Shown: positions 1 through 9,100 of the stretch, in pieces | Layout of the letters: each line of letters opens with the position of its first letter | Numbering within the stretch: the first letter of the stretch is position 1 | From: Hyphomicrobiales bacterium | GTDB taxonomy: Bacteria; Pseudomonadota; Alphaproteobacteria; Rhizobiales; Beijerinckiaceae | DNA length: 64,000 bases | Reading direction: 5' to 3' | Assembly: GCA_043784465.1 (NCBI GenBank) | Contig: JAYVYJ010000002.1 | Coordinates: 17,062 to 81,061 of the forward strand | Notes under the pieces: model-generated | Database searches by the model: none | Told to the model about the DNA's origin: nothing | The model's input: only the letters and a program-made list of their open reading frames with translations | Position numbers and translations under genes: made by a program

Positions 1-1469
1 GTCGTTAGGTTGAACTGGTTTGTCTTGTTGACGAGCTGGACGATGCGCTGGCGATGGGCGTCGTCGAAGCGGCCCCAGATCAGCCGCATCTGGAGGCTCG
101 CCAGATAAGCGGCGAGATCGCCGAAGGTCTCGCGTTCGGATTGGCGTTTGGCGTTGCCGCGATATTGCTCGGTGCGCAGCCGATCCTCCGCCGTCAGCGC
201 GACGGCCTCGAAATAGCCGGCGAGGGCGAGGACGTCGGGCACGAGCGCGGGATCGTCGGGGACTTCCGGCACGCCCACCATCGGCAGCGCCTCGCGCACG
301 CGGGTGCGCTCGAACGGGTTGTCGTCAAGAAACACGAGGCTGTCGAGACCGATGTTGAGGCGCTGCGCGATCAACTGGACATTAGCCGCTTTGTCGTCCC
401 AGTTGGCGACGAAACAGGCGATGTCGACGCGGCTCAAGATCATCTCGGGATGTTTGTCGAACGGCTCCCAACCGTTGGCTTCGTCGTTCTTCGAGCAGAC
501 GGCGAGGATGATTCCGCGTCTCGACAAATCCTTGGCATAGGCCTGAACGGCGAGAAATCCCTCGCCTAGCGCGCTTCCCTGTCCCAGCACGACGCCGTTC
601 AACCCGTCGTCGCCGATGACGCCGCCCCACAGCGTGTTGTCGAGGTCGAGCACCAGACATTTGCGCGAGCGCCCCAACCGTGCGGCCAGCAATCTCACGA
701 CGAGTTCGCCATACATGGGCGCGGCGGCGGGCCGCACCTCCTGCTTGGCGCGCGCCCACAAAGCCGGGTCGCGCCACGCGGCGAGGCCGTCGCGCGCCGC
801 CGCCGCATCGAGCGCGACGAGATCGACGCCCTCGGTGTCCGCCCATTCGCGCAAACTCACGTTGACGCGCGCCAGATAGGCCGCGCGCGAACCCGGCAAG
901 CGATGTTCGTTGTTTCCCAGCAGCGCGGGCGGGGCGGGCAGGGCGGTCTGTTGCAGCACGCTTATCCCCGCCGTGCGCGCCTTGCGCCACAGGCCCAAGA
1001 GTTCGTCCTTCAGCCGGGCGAGCGTGTCGTCGACATCGGCGCGGGAATCGGAGGCGCTCACCCCGGCGGCGAGGCGCTCGCTGTCATGCGCGAACACGAC
1101 CACGTCGGGACGGAACAAGTGCAGGCCCGAACGCGGGTCGTCGAACTCCTGAAGCATCTGCCCGTAGCCGCCTTCGTAGACGTCGAGCCACAGATTCGCC
1201 CGCAGGCCCGCCACGCGCAGCGCAGCGGCGAGATGGCCAGTCGTCGAGGAGCCGAGGAGTGCGAGACGCACCGGCTGAACGTCAAAAGCCGCCGGGCGCT
1301 CCGGCCAGCGGCGGCGCAAAATCTGATCGACCGCGTTGGTCTGCACGAAGTCCAGCCGCGACCGCGCGAGGCTCAGAAGCGCGTCGAAATCGCCGTCGCG
1401 GGCGATGGCCGCGATGCGCTCGCGCCAGTTCTCGGCGGGCGGCAACCAGACAAGTTCCGGGCTCGCCAT
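1..1469 (-). CDS. FkbH-like HAD-IIIC family phosphatase/acyl-transferring protein (3' end runs off the window)
   Basis: Translated by hand; it is absent from the ORF track because it runs off the edge. ATG at 1469 gives MASPELVWLPP..., then KCLVLDLDNTLWGGVIGDDG (HAD motif I) and QLVNKTNQFNLT at the edge, both typical FkbH-domain motifs. Confidence 0.9.
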   Translation of the reverse strand, partial: MASPELVWLPPAENWRERIAAIARDGDFDALLSLARSRLDFVQTNAVDQILRRRWPERPAAFDVQPVRLALLGSSTTGHLAAALRVAGLRANLWLDVYEGGYGQMLQEFDDPRSGLHLFRPDVVVFAHDSERLAAGVSASDSRADVDDTLARLKDELLGLWRKARTAGISVLQQTALPAPPALLGNNEHRLPGSRAAYLARVNVSLREWADTEGVDLVALDAAAARDGLAAWRDPALWARAKQEVRPAAAPMYGELVVRLLAARLGRSRKCLVLDLDNTLWGGVIGDDGLNGVVLGQGSALGEGFLAVQAYAKDLSRRGIILAVCSKNDEANGWEPFDKHPEMILSRVDIACFVANWDDKAANVQLIAQRLNIGLDSLVFLDDNPFERTRVREALPMVGVPEVPDDPALVPDVLALAGYFEAVALTAEDRLRTEQYRGNAKRQSERETFGDLAAYLASLQMRLIWGRFDDAHRQRIVQLVNKTNQFNLT

Positions 1470-1520
1470 GCTCTCCGCGCCTTTGATGTTCCTAGTTTGG
1501 TGTCTAGCCGGTCCGGGGCC

Positions 1521-2696
1521 TCAAATCACGCGCCTTCTCGCGAGGCTTCGCATGAGGTCGGCGGCGCCGTAGCGCCAGCGTTCGCACAGATGCGCGGGGC
1601 GGATGCGGTTGACCAGCGCGCCGAGCTTGTCGGCGCGGATCGTCACCACGTCGCCGGGCTTGTGCGTAAACCCCTGCCCGGCAGCGTCGCGGTCCTGCAC
1701 GGGGGCGAACATCGTGCCCAGATAGAGCGCCGCCCCATCGGGATAGGCGTGATGAGGGCCTAGCAATTGCCCCGCGAGATCGGCGGGGTCGCGGCTGATC
1801 TGCGACATCGACGAGACGCCCTCCATCACAAAACCGTCCTCGCCCCGCACATGCAGCGAAATCTCCAGAGCGCGCACGTCATCCAGCGAAAACGTCGCGT
1901 CGAAGAAGCGTACGAACGGGCCGAGCGCCGCGCTGGCGTTCTGATCCTTGGCCTTGCCGAGCAAAAGCGCGCTGCGGCCCTCGAAGTCGCGCAGGTTGAC
2001 GTCGTTGCCGAGCGTCGCGCCGACGATGCGCCCGTCGGAGGCGATAATCAGCACGGCTTCCGGCTCCGGGTTGCTCCATCGCGAGGCTTCGTGAACCCCT
2101 GCGTCCGCGCCGCATCCGACCGCCGACATGGGTTGCGCCTTGGTGAAAATCTCCGCGTCCGGGCCGATGCCGACCTCCAGATATTGCGACCACGCGCCTT
2201 CGGCGAGAAGCGCCTCCTTGAGCCGCGCCGCCGCTTCCGAACCCGGTTTGAGCGCAGCTAAATCGTCGCCGATCAGGCGATGCGTCTCGGCGCGGATGCG
2301 TTGCGCGCTGTCGGGGTTGCCTCGCGCGCGCTCCTCGATGACGCGCTCCACCATCGAGGCGACGAAGGTGACGCCCGCCGCCTTCACAGCTTGCAGATCG
2401 ACCGGCGCCAGCAGCCACGGTTTTGCGGGGTCGCGCGTGTCGGGCGGCGTGTTGGCGAGCAACTCGGCCAGCGTCGCAATCCGCTCCCCGGTCGCCGCGC
2501 GCAGGGCGGCGGCGGGGTCGGGGCTTTCGGCGAGGTCGCGGATCGTGGGGTGGACGGCGGTGAGGTCGAACACGCCTTCGGGCCGAATCGCGACCACGCT
2601 CGGCCCGAGGCCGGGGCGGAAAGCGCGGCCCGCCAGCGCGCCCACGGCGCCGTCGACGGGCAAAATCTCAGACTCCTTGAGCCAGGGATAAGTCAT
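1521..2696 (-). CDS. Fumarylacetoacetate hydrolase family protein, XylX-like 2-keto-3-deoxy-pentonate dehydratase
   Basis: Motifs LLAPVDLQAVKAAGVTF, ERVIEERARG, SQYLEVGIGPDAEIFTK, NPEPE, GNDVNLRDFEGRSALLLGKAKD and GTMFAPVQDRD closely match Caulobacter XylX as recalled. Start chosen at MTYPWL. Confidence 0.85.
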   Translation of the reverse strand: MTYPWLKESEILPVDGAVGALAGRAFRPGLGPSVVAIRPEGVFDLTAVHPTIRDLAESPDPAAALRAATGERIATLAELLANTPPDTRDPAKPWLLAPVDLQAVKAAGVTFVASMVERVIEERARGNPDSAQRIRAETHRLIGDDLAALKPGSEAAARLKEALLAEGAWSQYLEVGIGPDAEIFTKAQPMSAVGCGADAGVHEASRWSNPEPEAVLIIASDGRIVGATLGNDVNLRDFEGRSALLLGKAKDQNASAALGPFVRFFDATFSLDDVRALEISLHVRGEDGFVMEGVSSMSQISRDPADLAGQLLGPHHAYPDGAALYLGTMFAPVQDRDAAGQGFTHKPGDVVTIRADKLGALVNRIRPAHLCERWRYGAADLMRSLARRRVI

Positions 2697-2761
2697 CGCG
2701 CGTTCCTTTCCGCTTTTCCGCTTTGCGGCGGCCTCGCCCGGATCTAACATGTCAGCCGGCA

Positions 2762-3445
2762 ATGAGCGAGATCACGATGGGCGAGCGTGCGCCCGGCAAG
2801 GCCGAACTGGCCTACGAGGCGATCAGGGAGGCGATCCTGTCGGGCGAGCTTGAGCCTGGCGCGGCGATCGACAAGGCCGCCTTGTGCGAAACGCTCGGCG
2901 TGTCGCGCTTTCCGGTCTCGGCGGCGGTCGGGCGGCTGGCGTTCGAGCGGCTGGTGCGGGTGGAGCCGCAGCACGGCTCGTTCGTGGCGGCGATCTCGGC
3001 GGGCGACGTGCGCGAGCAATTGTTTCTGCGCGGCGCGCTGGAAAGCGCCATCGCGGCCCGCGCGGCGCTCGAATTCGACGAGGACGCCCGCGCCGAACTC
3101 GCCGCCAACGTCGAGGAGGCCGAGGCCGCAGCCGCGTCAGGCGACCGCGCCCGCTTCTATGCGCTCGACGTCGCCTTTCATGAGGGGCTGACCGGCCCGC
3201 TGGGCCTGCATCGCACGGCGGAAGTGCTCGACGGCGTGCGCAACCATCTGGAGCGGGCGCGGCGCCTGCTGATGAGTCCCCCGGGCCGTCTGCGCCAGAC
3301 GCTCGCCGAGCACCGCGCGGTGCTGGCGGCGGTGGCGCGCGGCGACGCGGAGGCGGCGCGGGCGGCGATGTCCGCCCATATCGCCGCCGTGTGCGAAACG
3401 TTCGAGACCCTAGCCCGCGAAAAACCCAACCTGTTCACGCCCTGA
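2762..3445 (+). CDS. GntR family (FCD/FadR-type) transcriptional regulator
   Basis: N-terminal wHTH (AYEAIREAILSGELEPG...LGVSRFPV..RL..E.LV) and a C-terminal FCD domain (LDVAFH, EHRAVL). Divergent from the XylX-like gene. Confidence 0.9.
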   Translation: MSEITMGERAPGKAELAYEAIREAILSGELEPGAAIDKAALCETLGVSRFPVSAAVGRLAFERLVRVEPQHGSFVAAISAGDVREQLFLRGALESAIAARAALEFDEDARAELAANVEEAEAAAASGDRARFYALDVAFHEGLTGPLGLHRTAEVLDGVRNHLERARRLLMSPPGRLRQTLAEHRAVLAAVARGDAEAARAAMSAHIAAVCETFETLAREKPNLFTP

Positions 3446-3455
3446 AGGAGAAGCC

Positions 3456-4973
3456 ATGCCTACCCCCCGCGCCCTGCGCCTCGACGCGCGCGACAACGTT
3501 CTGATCGCCGTGGAGGGCTTCGCTCCCGGCGACGCGCCCGAGGGGGTGGCCGCGAGCGAGCGCGTGCCGCGCGGCCACAAGATGGCCGCGGCGCCCATCG
3601 CCATCGGCGAGCCGATCCGCAAATTCGGCCAAATCATCGGGTTCGCCGCGCGGGATATTGCGCCCGGCGAATGGGTGCATGAGCACAATTGCGTGCTGCA
3701 CGATTTCCAGCGCGACTACCGCTTCGGGCAGGACGCGCGGGCGGTGGAACTGCTGCCCGTCGAACGACAGGCGACCTTCGAGGGCTATCGCCGCGCCAAC
3801 GGCAAGACGGGCACGCGCAATTATCTGGGGATTCTCACCTCGGTGAACTGCTCGGCGACCGTCGCCCGGCTCGTCGCGCGCGAGGTCGAGAAGCAGGGGC
3901 TGCTCGACGACTACCCGGAGGTCGACGGCGTCATCCCGCTGGTTCACGGCACCGGCTGCGGCATGGCGGCCAAAGGCGAGGGGTTCGAGGCGCTCAAGCG
4001 CACCCAATGGGGCTATGCGGGCAACCCCAACATGGGCGGCGTATTGATGATCGGGCTGGGCTGCGAAGTGTTCCAGATCGGCCGCATGAAGGAGGAATAC
4101 GCGATCGTCGAGGGCGACCTGTTCCAGTCCCTCACCATTCAGGCGACGGGGGGCACGCGCAAGACGGTGGCGGTGGCGCTCGACCGCATCCGAGCGATGC
4201 TGCCGATTCTCGCGCGCGCCAAGCGGGAGACGCGGCCTGTGAGCGAACTGATGCTGGCGCTGCAATGCGGCGGCTCCGACGGCTATTCCGGCATCACCGC
4301 CAACCCGGCTTTGGGCGCGGCGGTCGATCTTCTAGTCAAGCACGGCGGCACGGCGATCCTTTCCGAGACGCCCGAGATTTACGGCGCCGAACACCTGCTG
4401 ACCGCCCGCGCCGCCAGCCGCGAGATCGGCGACAAGCTGGTCGGCCTCATCAAATGGTGGGAGGATTACACGGCCCGCAACGGCGGCGAGATGAACAACA
4501 ATCCCTCGCCCGGCAACAAGGCCGGCGGCCTCACCACCATTCTGGAAAAATCGCTGGGCGCAGCGGCCAAGGGCGGCACCACGCCGCTCAACGGCGTCTA
4601 CAAATACGCCGAACCCGTCACCGCGCATGGCTTCGTCTATATGGACACGCCCGGCTACGATCCCGTCTCCGCGACGGGTCAGGTGGCGGGCGGCGCCAAT
4701 GTGCTGGCCTTCACCACCGGGCGCGGCTCGGCCTACGGCTGCAAGCCGACGCCCTCGATCAAGCTCGCCACCAACAGCGAGATGTTTCGCCGCATGGAGG
4801 AGGACATGGACATCAATTGCGGCGACGTGCTCGACGGCGTGTCCATCGAGGCCAAGGGCCGCCAGATATTCGAGCATGTATTGCGCGTCGCCAGCGGGGA
4901 ACGCTCGAAATCCGAGGCGTTGGGTTATGGCGAGGCGGAATTCGCGCCCTGGCAGATCGGGGCGACGATGTGA
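3456..4973 (+). CDS. uxaA: UxaA/GarD family sugar-acid dehydratase (altronate dehydratase-like)
   Basis: N-terminal SAF domain (VPRGHKMA...IRKFGQIIG...VHEHN), then GTRNY, HGTGCG, LQCGGSDGYSGITANPALG, SETPEIYGAE, GGLTTILEKSLGA and FTTGRG. Confidence 0.9.
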   Translation: MPTPRALRLDARDNVLIAVEGFAPGDAPEGVAASERVPRGHKMAAAPIAIGEPIRKFGQIIGFAARDIAPGEWVHEHNCVLHDFQRDYRFGQDARAVELLPVERQATFEGYRRANGKTGTRNYLGILTSVNCSATVARLVAREVEKQGLLDDYPEVDGVIPLVHGTGCGMAAKGEGFEALKRTQWGYAGNPNMGGVLMIGLGCEVFQIGRMKEEYAIVEGDLFQSLTIQATGGTRKTVAVALDRIRAMLPILARAKRETRPVSELMLALQCGGSDGYSGITANPALGAAVDLLVKHGGTAILSETPEIYGAEHLLTARAASREIGDKLVGLIKWWEDYTARNGGEMNNNPSPGNKAGGLTTILEKSLGAAAKGGTTPLNGVYKYAEPVTAHGFVYMDTPGYDPVSATGQVAGGANVLAFTTGRGSAYGCKPTPSIKLATNSEMFRRMEEDMDINCGDVLDGVSIEAKGRQIFEHVLRVASGERSKSEALGYGEAEFAPWQIGATM

Positions 4974-5623
4974 GGCCGGCTTTACTTTTCGACCTCGACG
5001 GCACGCTGGTCGATAGCGACGGCGACCATCTCATTGCGTTTCAGGAAGTGTTCGCTCCGTTCGGCATCGCTATGGATCGCGCGCTTTACGTGCGCGACAT
5101 TATGGGCGCGCCCAACTCCGCCATCGGCGCGCGTTTCCTGCCGCATCTGCCCGAGGCCGAGCGTGCAAAAGTGCTGGACGCCAAGGAGGCGGCCTATCGC
5201 GCCCGCGTGGGCGAAATGACGCCGACGCCCGGCGCCAAAGCGCTGCTCGACCATGCGCAGGCGCACGGCCTCGCCTGCGCCGTCGTCACCAACGCGCCGC
5301 GCGCCAACGCCGAGATAGTTCTGGCGGCCTTGGGCTTCGCCGAGCGCCTGAAAACGCTGGTGATCGGCCCGGAGCTCGCGCATGGCAAACCCCACCCGCT
5401 TCCCTATCTGACGGGGCTGGCCCGCGTCGGCGCACGGCCGCAGGACGCCCTCGCGTTCGAGGATTCGCTCTCAGGCGTGCGGGCCGCCGTGGCGGCGGGG
5501 ATCGCGGTGGTCGGCGTCACCACCGGCTTGCCCGCGCCCGCCTTGCTCGACGCCGGCGCAGTCTTTGCGGCGCCCGATTTCACCGATCCGCGCATCTATG
5601 AATGGATTGCGGCGCGCATTTGA
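4970..5623 (+). CDS. HAD-IA family phosphatase (beta-PGM/CbbY-like)
   Basis: GTG start overlaps the uxaA stop. Motifs FDLDGTLVDSD, VVTNA, GKPHP and FEDS. Confidence 0.85.
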   Translation: MRPALLFDLDGTLVDSDGDHLIAFQEVFAPFGIAMDRALYVRDIMGAPNSAIGARFLPHLPEAERAKVLDAKEAAYRARVGEMTPTPGAKALLDHAQAHGLACAVVTNAPRANAEIVLAALGFAERLKTLVIGPELAHGKPHPLPYLTGLARVGARPQDALAFEDSLSGVRAAVAAGIAVVGVTTGLPAPALLDAGAVFAAPDFTDPRIYEWIAARI

Positions 5624-5686
5624 ATGTCATCGGCGCCGGATCGTCCTATATAACGCGGCGACCTCCCCGCCCTTAAAGTGAGTTCG

Positions 5687-6772
5687 ATGCCCACCGAATC
5701 CGAAATCCGCGCCGCCCTCGCCGGCATCAAAGGCCCCGACGGCGCGCCCCTCGCCATTGACGGCGTCACGCAGCGCGACGCCAAAGTGTTCGTCGCCCTG
5801 CGCGTCGATCCCGCCCGCGCCCGCGCAATGGAGCCCGCCAAGGCCGCCGTGGAAGCCGCGATCAAGGCGCTGCCCGGCGTCGCTTCCGCCCTGGTCACTC
5901 TCACCGCCGAGTCGGCCCCCGGCGCGAAGCCCACGCCCGCGCCCACGCCCGCCCGTCCGCGCGGAGGCCGTCCCATCGAAGGCGTCGCCAAGATCATCGC
6001 GGTCGCGTCGGGCAAGGGCGGCGTCGGCAAGTCCACCACCGCCTGCAATCTCGCGCTGGGTCTGGCGCATCTGGGCCTCAAGGTCGGCGTGCTCGACGCC
6101 GACGTGTTCGGCCCTTCGCTGCCGCGCCTGTTCGGCATAACGCACAAGCCCTCGCTCGCGCCGGACGGACAAAAACTGCTGCCCATCGAGGCTTATGGCG
6201 TCAAGGTCATGTCCATCGGCTTCATGGTCGAGGAAAACTCGGCCATCGTCTGGCGCGGGCCGATGGTCACCTCTGCGCTCAACCAGTTCCTGCGCGACGT
6301 CGATTGGGGAACGCTCGACGTGCTCGTCATCGACATGCCGCCCGGCACCGGCGACGTGCAGCTTACGCTGGCGCAGAACGTGCCCATGGCCGGAGCGGTC
6401 ATCGTCTCGACCCCGCAGGACCTGTCGCTGATCGACGCCCGCAGGGCGATTGCGATGTTCAAGCAGGTGGAGACGCCCATTCTCGGCATCGTCGAGAATA
6501 TGAGCTATTTCCTGTGCCCCCATTGCGGCGGGCGCAGCGACGTGTTCGCCCACGGCGGCGCGCGCCATGAGGCCGAAACCCAGGGCGTCCCCTTCCTGGG
6601 CGAAGCGCCGCTGCATATGCTGATCCGCGAGACCTCCGACGGCGGCCGACCCGTGGTTGCGACCGCGCCCGACAGCCCGCAGGCGAAAGCCTATATAGAG
6701 ATCGCCGCCAAGGTGCGCGCCGCGTTGGACGGCGCAACGCAGCGCGCGGCGCCGCGCATCGTCATCGCGTGA
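5687..6772 (+). CDS. apbC: Mrp/NBP35 (ApbC) Fe-S cluster carrier ATPase
   Basis: N-terminal DUF59-like region, ASGKGGVGKST, DADVFGPS, WRGPM, DMPPGTGD, STPQ and ENMSYFLCPHC. Confidence 0.92.
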   Translation: MPTESEIRAALAGIKGPDGAPLAIDGVTQRDAKVFVALRVDPARARAMEPAKAAVEAAIKALPGVASALVTLTAESAPGAKPTPAPTPARPRGGRPIEGVAKIIAVASGKGGVGKSTTACNLALGLAHLGLKVGVLDADVFGPSLPRLFGITHKPSLAPDGQKLLPIEAYGVKVMSIGFMVEENSAIVWRGPMVTSALNQFLRDVDWGTLDVLVIDMPPGTGDVQLTLAQNVPMAGAVIVSTPQDLSLIDARRAIAMFKQVETPILGIVENMSYFLCPHCGGRSDVFAHGGARHEAETQGVPFLGEAPLHMLIRETSDGGRPVVATAPDSPQAKAYIEIAAKVRAALDGATQRAAPRIVIA

Positions 6773-6782
6773 GGCCGCCGCG

Positions 6783-7082
6783 ATGAGCGATCCCTCTCCT
6801 TTGCCGCCCGGCGAGCCGTGGCCGGAAGAATTACGGGTTCAGGACAACGGCGGCCTGTTCAAGGTGACGTTCGACGACGGCGTGGTCGGCGCGATCACCG
6901 CCGACCGGCTCCGCGAGGCCAGTCCCAGCGCCGACAAGTCGCGAAACCCTGCTCCGCAGGGAAGGCTCGCCATCGTGGACGTCGAGCAAGTCGGCAATTA
7001 CGCCGTCCGCGTCAGTTTCAACGACGGGCACAGCACCGGGATTTATACGTGGCGATTGCTCAGAAGCCTCGCCACGCATTAG
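6783..7082 (+). CDS. DUF971 / GBBH-like N-terminal domain protein
   Basis: 99 aa with LREASPSA and VGNYAVRVSFNDGHSTGIYTW, the DUF971 signature. Confidence 0.85.
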   Translation: MSDPSPLPPGEPWPEELRVQDNGGLFKVTFDDGVVGAITADRLREASPSADKSRNPAPQGRLAIVDVEQVGNYAVRVSFNDGHSTGIYTWRLLRSLATH

Positions 7083-8308
7083 GGCCGCTTCAGCCGCACG
7101 TCCGGCAGGAAGAACGCCAGCAGCCCGATGGCCGGCAGGAACGCGCAGATGTTGTAGACGAAGTTGAGGCTCGTGACGTCGGCGACGAACCCCAACGCCG
7201 CCGCGCCGAGCCCGCCAAGCCCGAACGACAGGCCGAAGAACAGCCCCGCGATCATCCCGATATGTCCCGGCGCCAGTTCCTGCGCATAGACCACCATCGC
7301 CGAAAACGCCGAGGACAGCACCAGTCCTATCGCTATGCTGTCGATCACCGTGCCGACCAACCCCAGATGCGGCAACAGGAGCGTGAACGGCAATACCCCG
7401 AGGATCGAGGCCCAGATCACGTATTTGCGCCCAATCCAGTCGCCGATGGGACCGCCGGCGAACGTACCCACGGCGACCGCACCCAGAAACACGAACAGCA
7501 AGACTTGCGCCGACTGAAGCTCAACGCCGAAAGTCTGCATAAGATAAAATGTATAGTAGCTGTTGAGGCTCGCCAGATAGAACGTCTTGGAGAACAGCAG
7601 CACCACTAATATCGCAAGCGAGCGCCACACCAGTTTGCGTGGCAATCTGTCGGGCGCTGCGACCTGCGCACCCAAGCGCAGGACCGCGTGCGCCGTCTGC
7701 CATTGCGCGACCCGAGCCAGCAGAAGAATCGCGATGAAGGCGAGCGCCGTGAAGGCGAGCACGGATGTCTGCCCGTTCGGCACCACGATGAACGCCGCCA
7801 TCAGCGGCCCCATCGACTGCCCGAAATTGCCGCCGACCTGAAACACGCTCTGCGCGAACCCATGCCGCCCGCCCGACGCAGCGCGCGCCGCGCGCGAAGC
7901 CTCCGGATGGAACACCGCGCTGCCGACGCCGACCAACGCAACGGACGCCAGCAGTATCGGATAGCTACGCGAGAAGGCGAGCAGCACCAGACCGATAGCC
8001 GTAAAACCCATTGCAAACGGGAGCGCCCAAGGCGTCGGGCGCTTGTCGGTCGCGTATCCGATCAGAGGTTGCAGCAGCGAGGCGGTGAGCTGGAAAACAA
8101 GCGTGATGACGCCGGTCTGGAAAAAGCTCAGCGAATATTGGTTGCGGAACACCGGATAGAGCGCAGGGGCGATCGCCTGCATCATGTCGTTGAGCATGTG
8201 CGAGGCGCTGGCTGCGAACAGGATGCCAAGCGCTGCGGTCTGCCGAGCCGCGGGCGCGATGACGGAGCGTGCGCTCTCCGGCGCGAGGACGGGTTCTGCC
8301 AGGCTCAT
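7079..8308 (-). CDS. MFS transporter, Fsr (fosmidomycin resistance)-like
   Basis: About 12 hydrophobic segments; SHMLNDMMQ, SLLQPLIG, FHPEASR, QSVFQVGGNFG, GGPIGDWIGRK and AQELAPG. Start chosen at MSLAEP. Confidence 0.88.
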   Translation of the reverse strand: MSLAEPVLAPESARSVIAPAARQTAALGILFAASASHMLNDMMQAIAPALYPVFRNQYSLSFFQTGVITLVFQLTASLLQPLIGYATDKRPTPWALPFAMGFTAIGLVLLAFSRSYPILLASVALVGVGSAVFHPEASRAARAASGGRHGFAQSVFQVGGNFGQSMGPLMAAFIVVPNGQTSVLAFTALAFIAILLLARVAQWQTAHAVLRLGAQVAAPDRLPRKLVWRSLAILVVLLFSKTFYLASLNSYYTFYLMQTFGVELQSAQVLLFVFLGAVAVGTFAGGPIGDWIGRKYVIWASILGVLPFTLLLPHLGLVGTVIDSIAIGLVLSSAFSAMVVYAQELAPGHIGMIAGLFFGLSFGLGGLGAAALGFVADVTSLNFVYNICAFLPAIGLLAFFLPDVRLKRP

Positions 8309-8429
8309 GATGTCCTCGAAAGCGCCCGGTTCAAAGTCACGGACGCACAACGCCGCCTTAGCGCGGAACAAGTTTCCGCGCCAAGCCATCGAAAAACATT
8401 TAACAGATCACGCTTTCGGGACCGGCCGT

Positions 8430-8969
8430 TCAGCGTGGCGCGAGCACCATCACCATCTGACGGCCTTCCATCAGCGGCTCGGCCTCCACCTTGGCGATCT
8501 CCGCCGTCTCGGCCTTCACCTTCTGCAAAAGACGGTAGCCGATGTCCTGGTGCGCCATTTCGCGGCCACGAAAACGCAGCGTGACTTTGACCTTGTCGCC
8601 TTCCTCGAAAAACCGGAAGACGGAGCGCATCTTGACCTCGTAATCATGCTCGTCGATGCCGGGACGCAGCTTGATCTCCTTGATCTCGACGATCTTCTGG
8701 CGCTTGCGCTGCTCGGACGACTTTTTCTGCTCCAGGAAGCGGTACTTCCCGAAATCGAGGATCTTGCAGACCGGCGGCGTAGCGTTGGGCACGATCTCGA
8801 CGAGATCGAGGCCGGCCTCTTCGGCGAGCTTCTGCGCGTCGGGCAGATTCACGACGCCGCGATTCTTGCCTTCGTCGTCGATGAGCTGGACCTGAACGGC
8901 GCGAATGTCACGGTTGACGCGCGGGCCCCCTTTCTCTGGCGCCGCAATGGCTTTCATGGGACGACGAAT
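8430..8969 (-). CDS. infC: Translation initiation factor IF-3 with a non-canonical ATT start
   Basis: [36 protein letters not shown] and [15 protein letters not shown]. An in-frame ATT at 8969-8967 (I-R-R-P-M-K) lies 7 nt after an AGGAG Shine-Dalgarno. Confidence 0.95.
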   Translation of the reverse strand: MRRPMKAIAAPEKGGPRVNRDIRAVQVQLIDDEGKNRGVVNLPDAQKLAEEAGLDLVEIVPNATPPVCKILDFGKYRFLEQKKSSEQRKRQKIVEIKEIKLRPGIDEHDYEVKMRSVFRFFEEGDKVKVTLRFRGREMAHQDIGYRLLQKVKAETAEIAKVEAEPLMEGRQMVMVLAPR

Positions 8970-9100
8970 GGGCTCTCTCCTGCGTGAATTGCGCGTGGAA
9001 CGGCTACGAGACCAGCGGAAACTGGCTTAAATCCGTTAAAAAGATTTGGCTCCGCAAACGGTCAGCTTGCGGAGTTCCTAGTCAAGATCGTACGCGCCGC

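Noticed and set aside
3689-5623. Apparent long N-terminal extensions or fusions in the ORF track (also 14943-16400, 38662-40659, 40194-41411, 44319-46592, 29714-30994, 19766-20383)
   Set aside because: The extensions are alternative frames of the upstream gene. The true starts are internal, often at stop-start overlaps.
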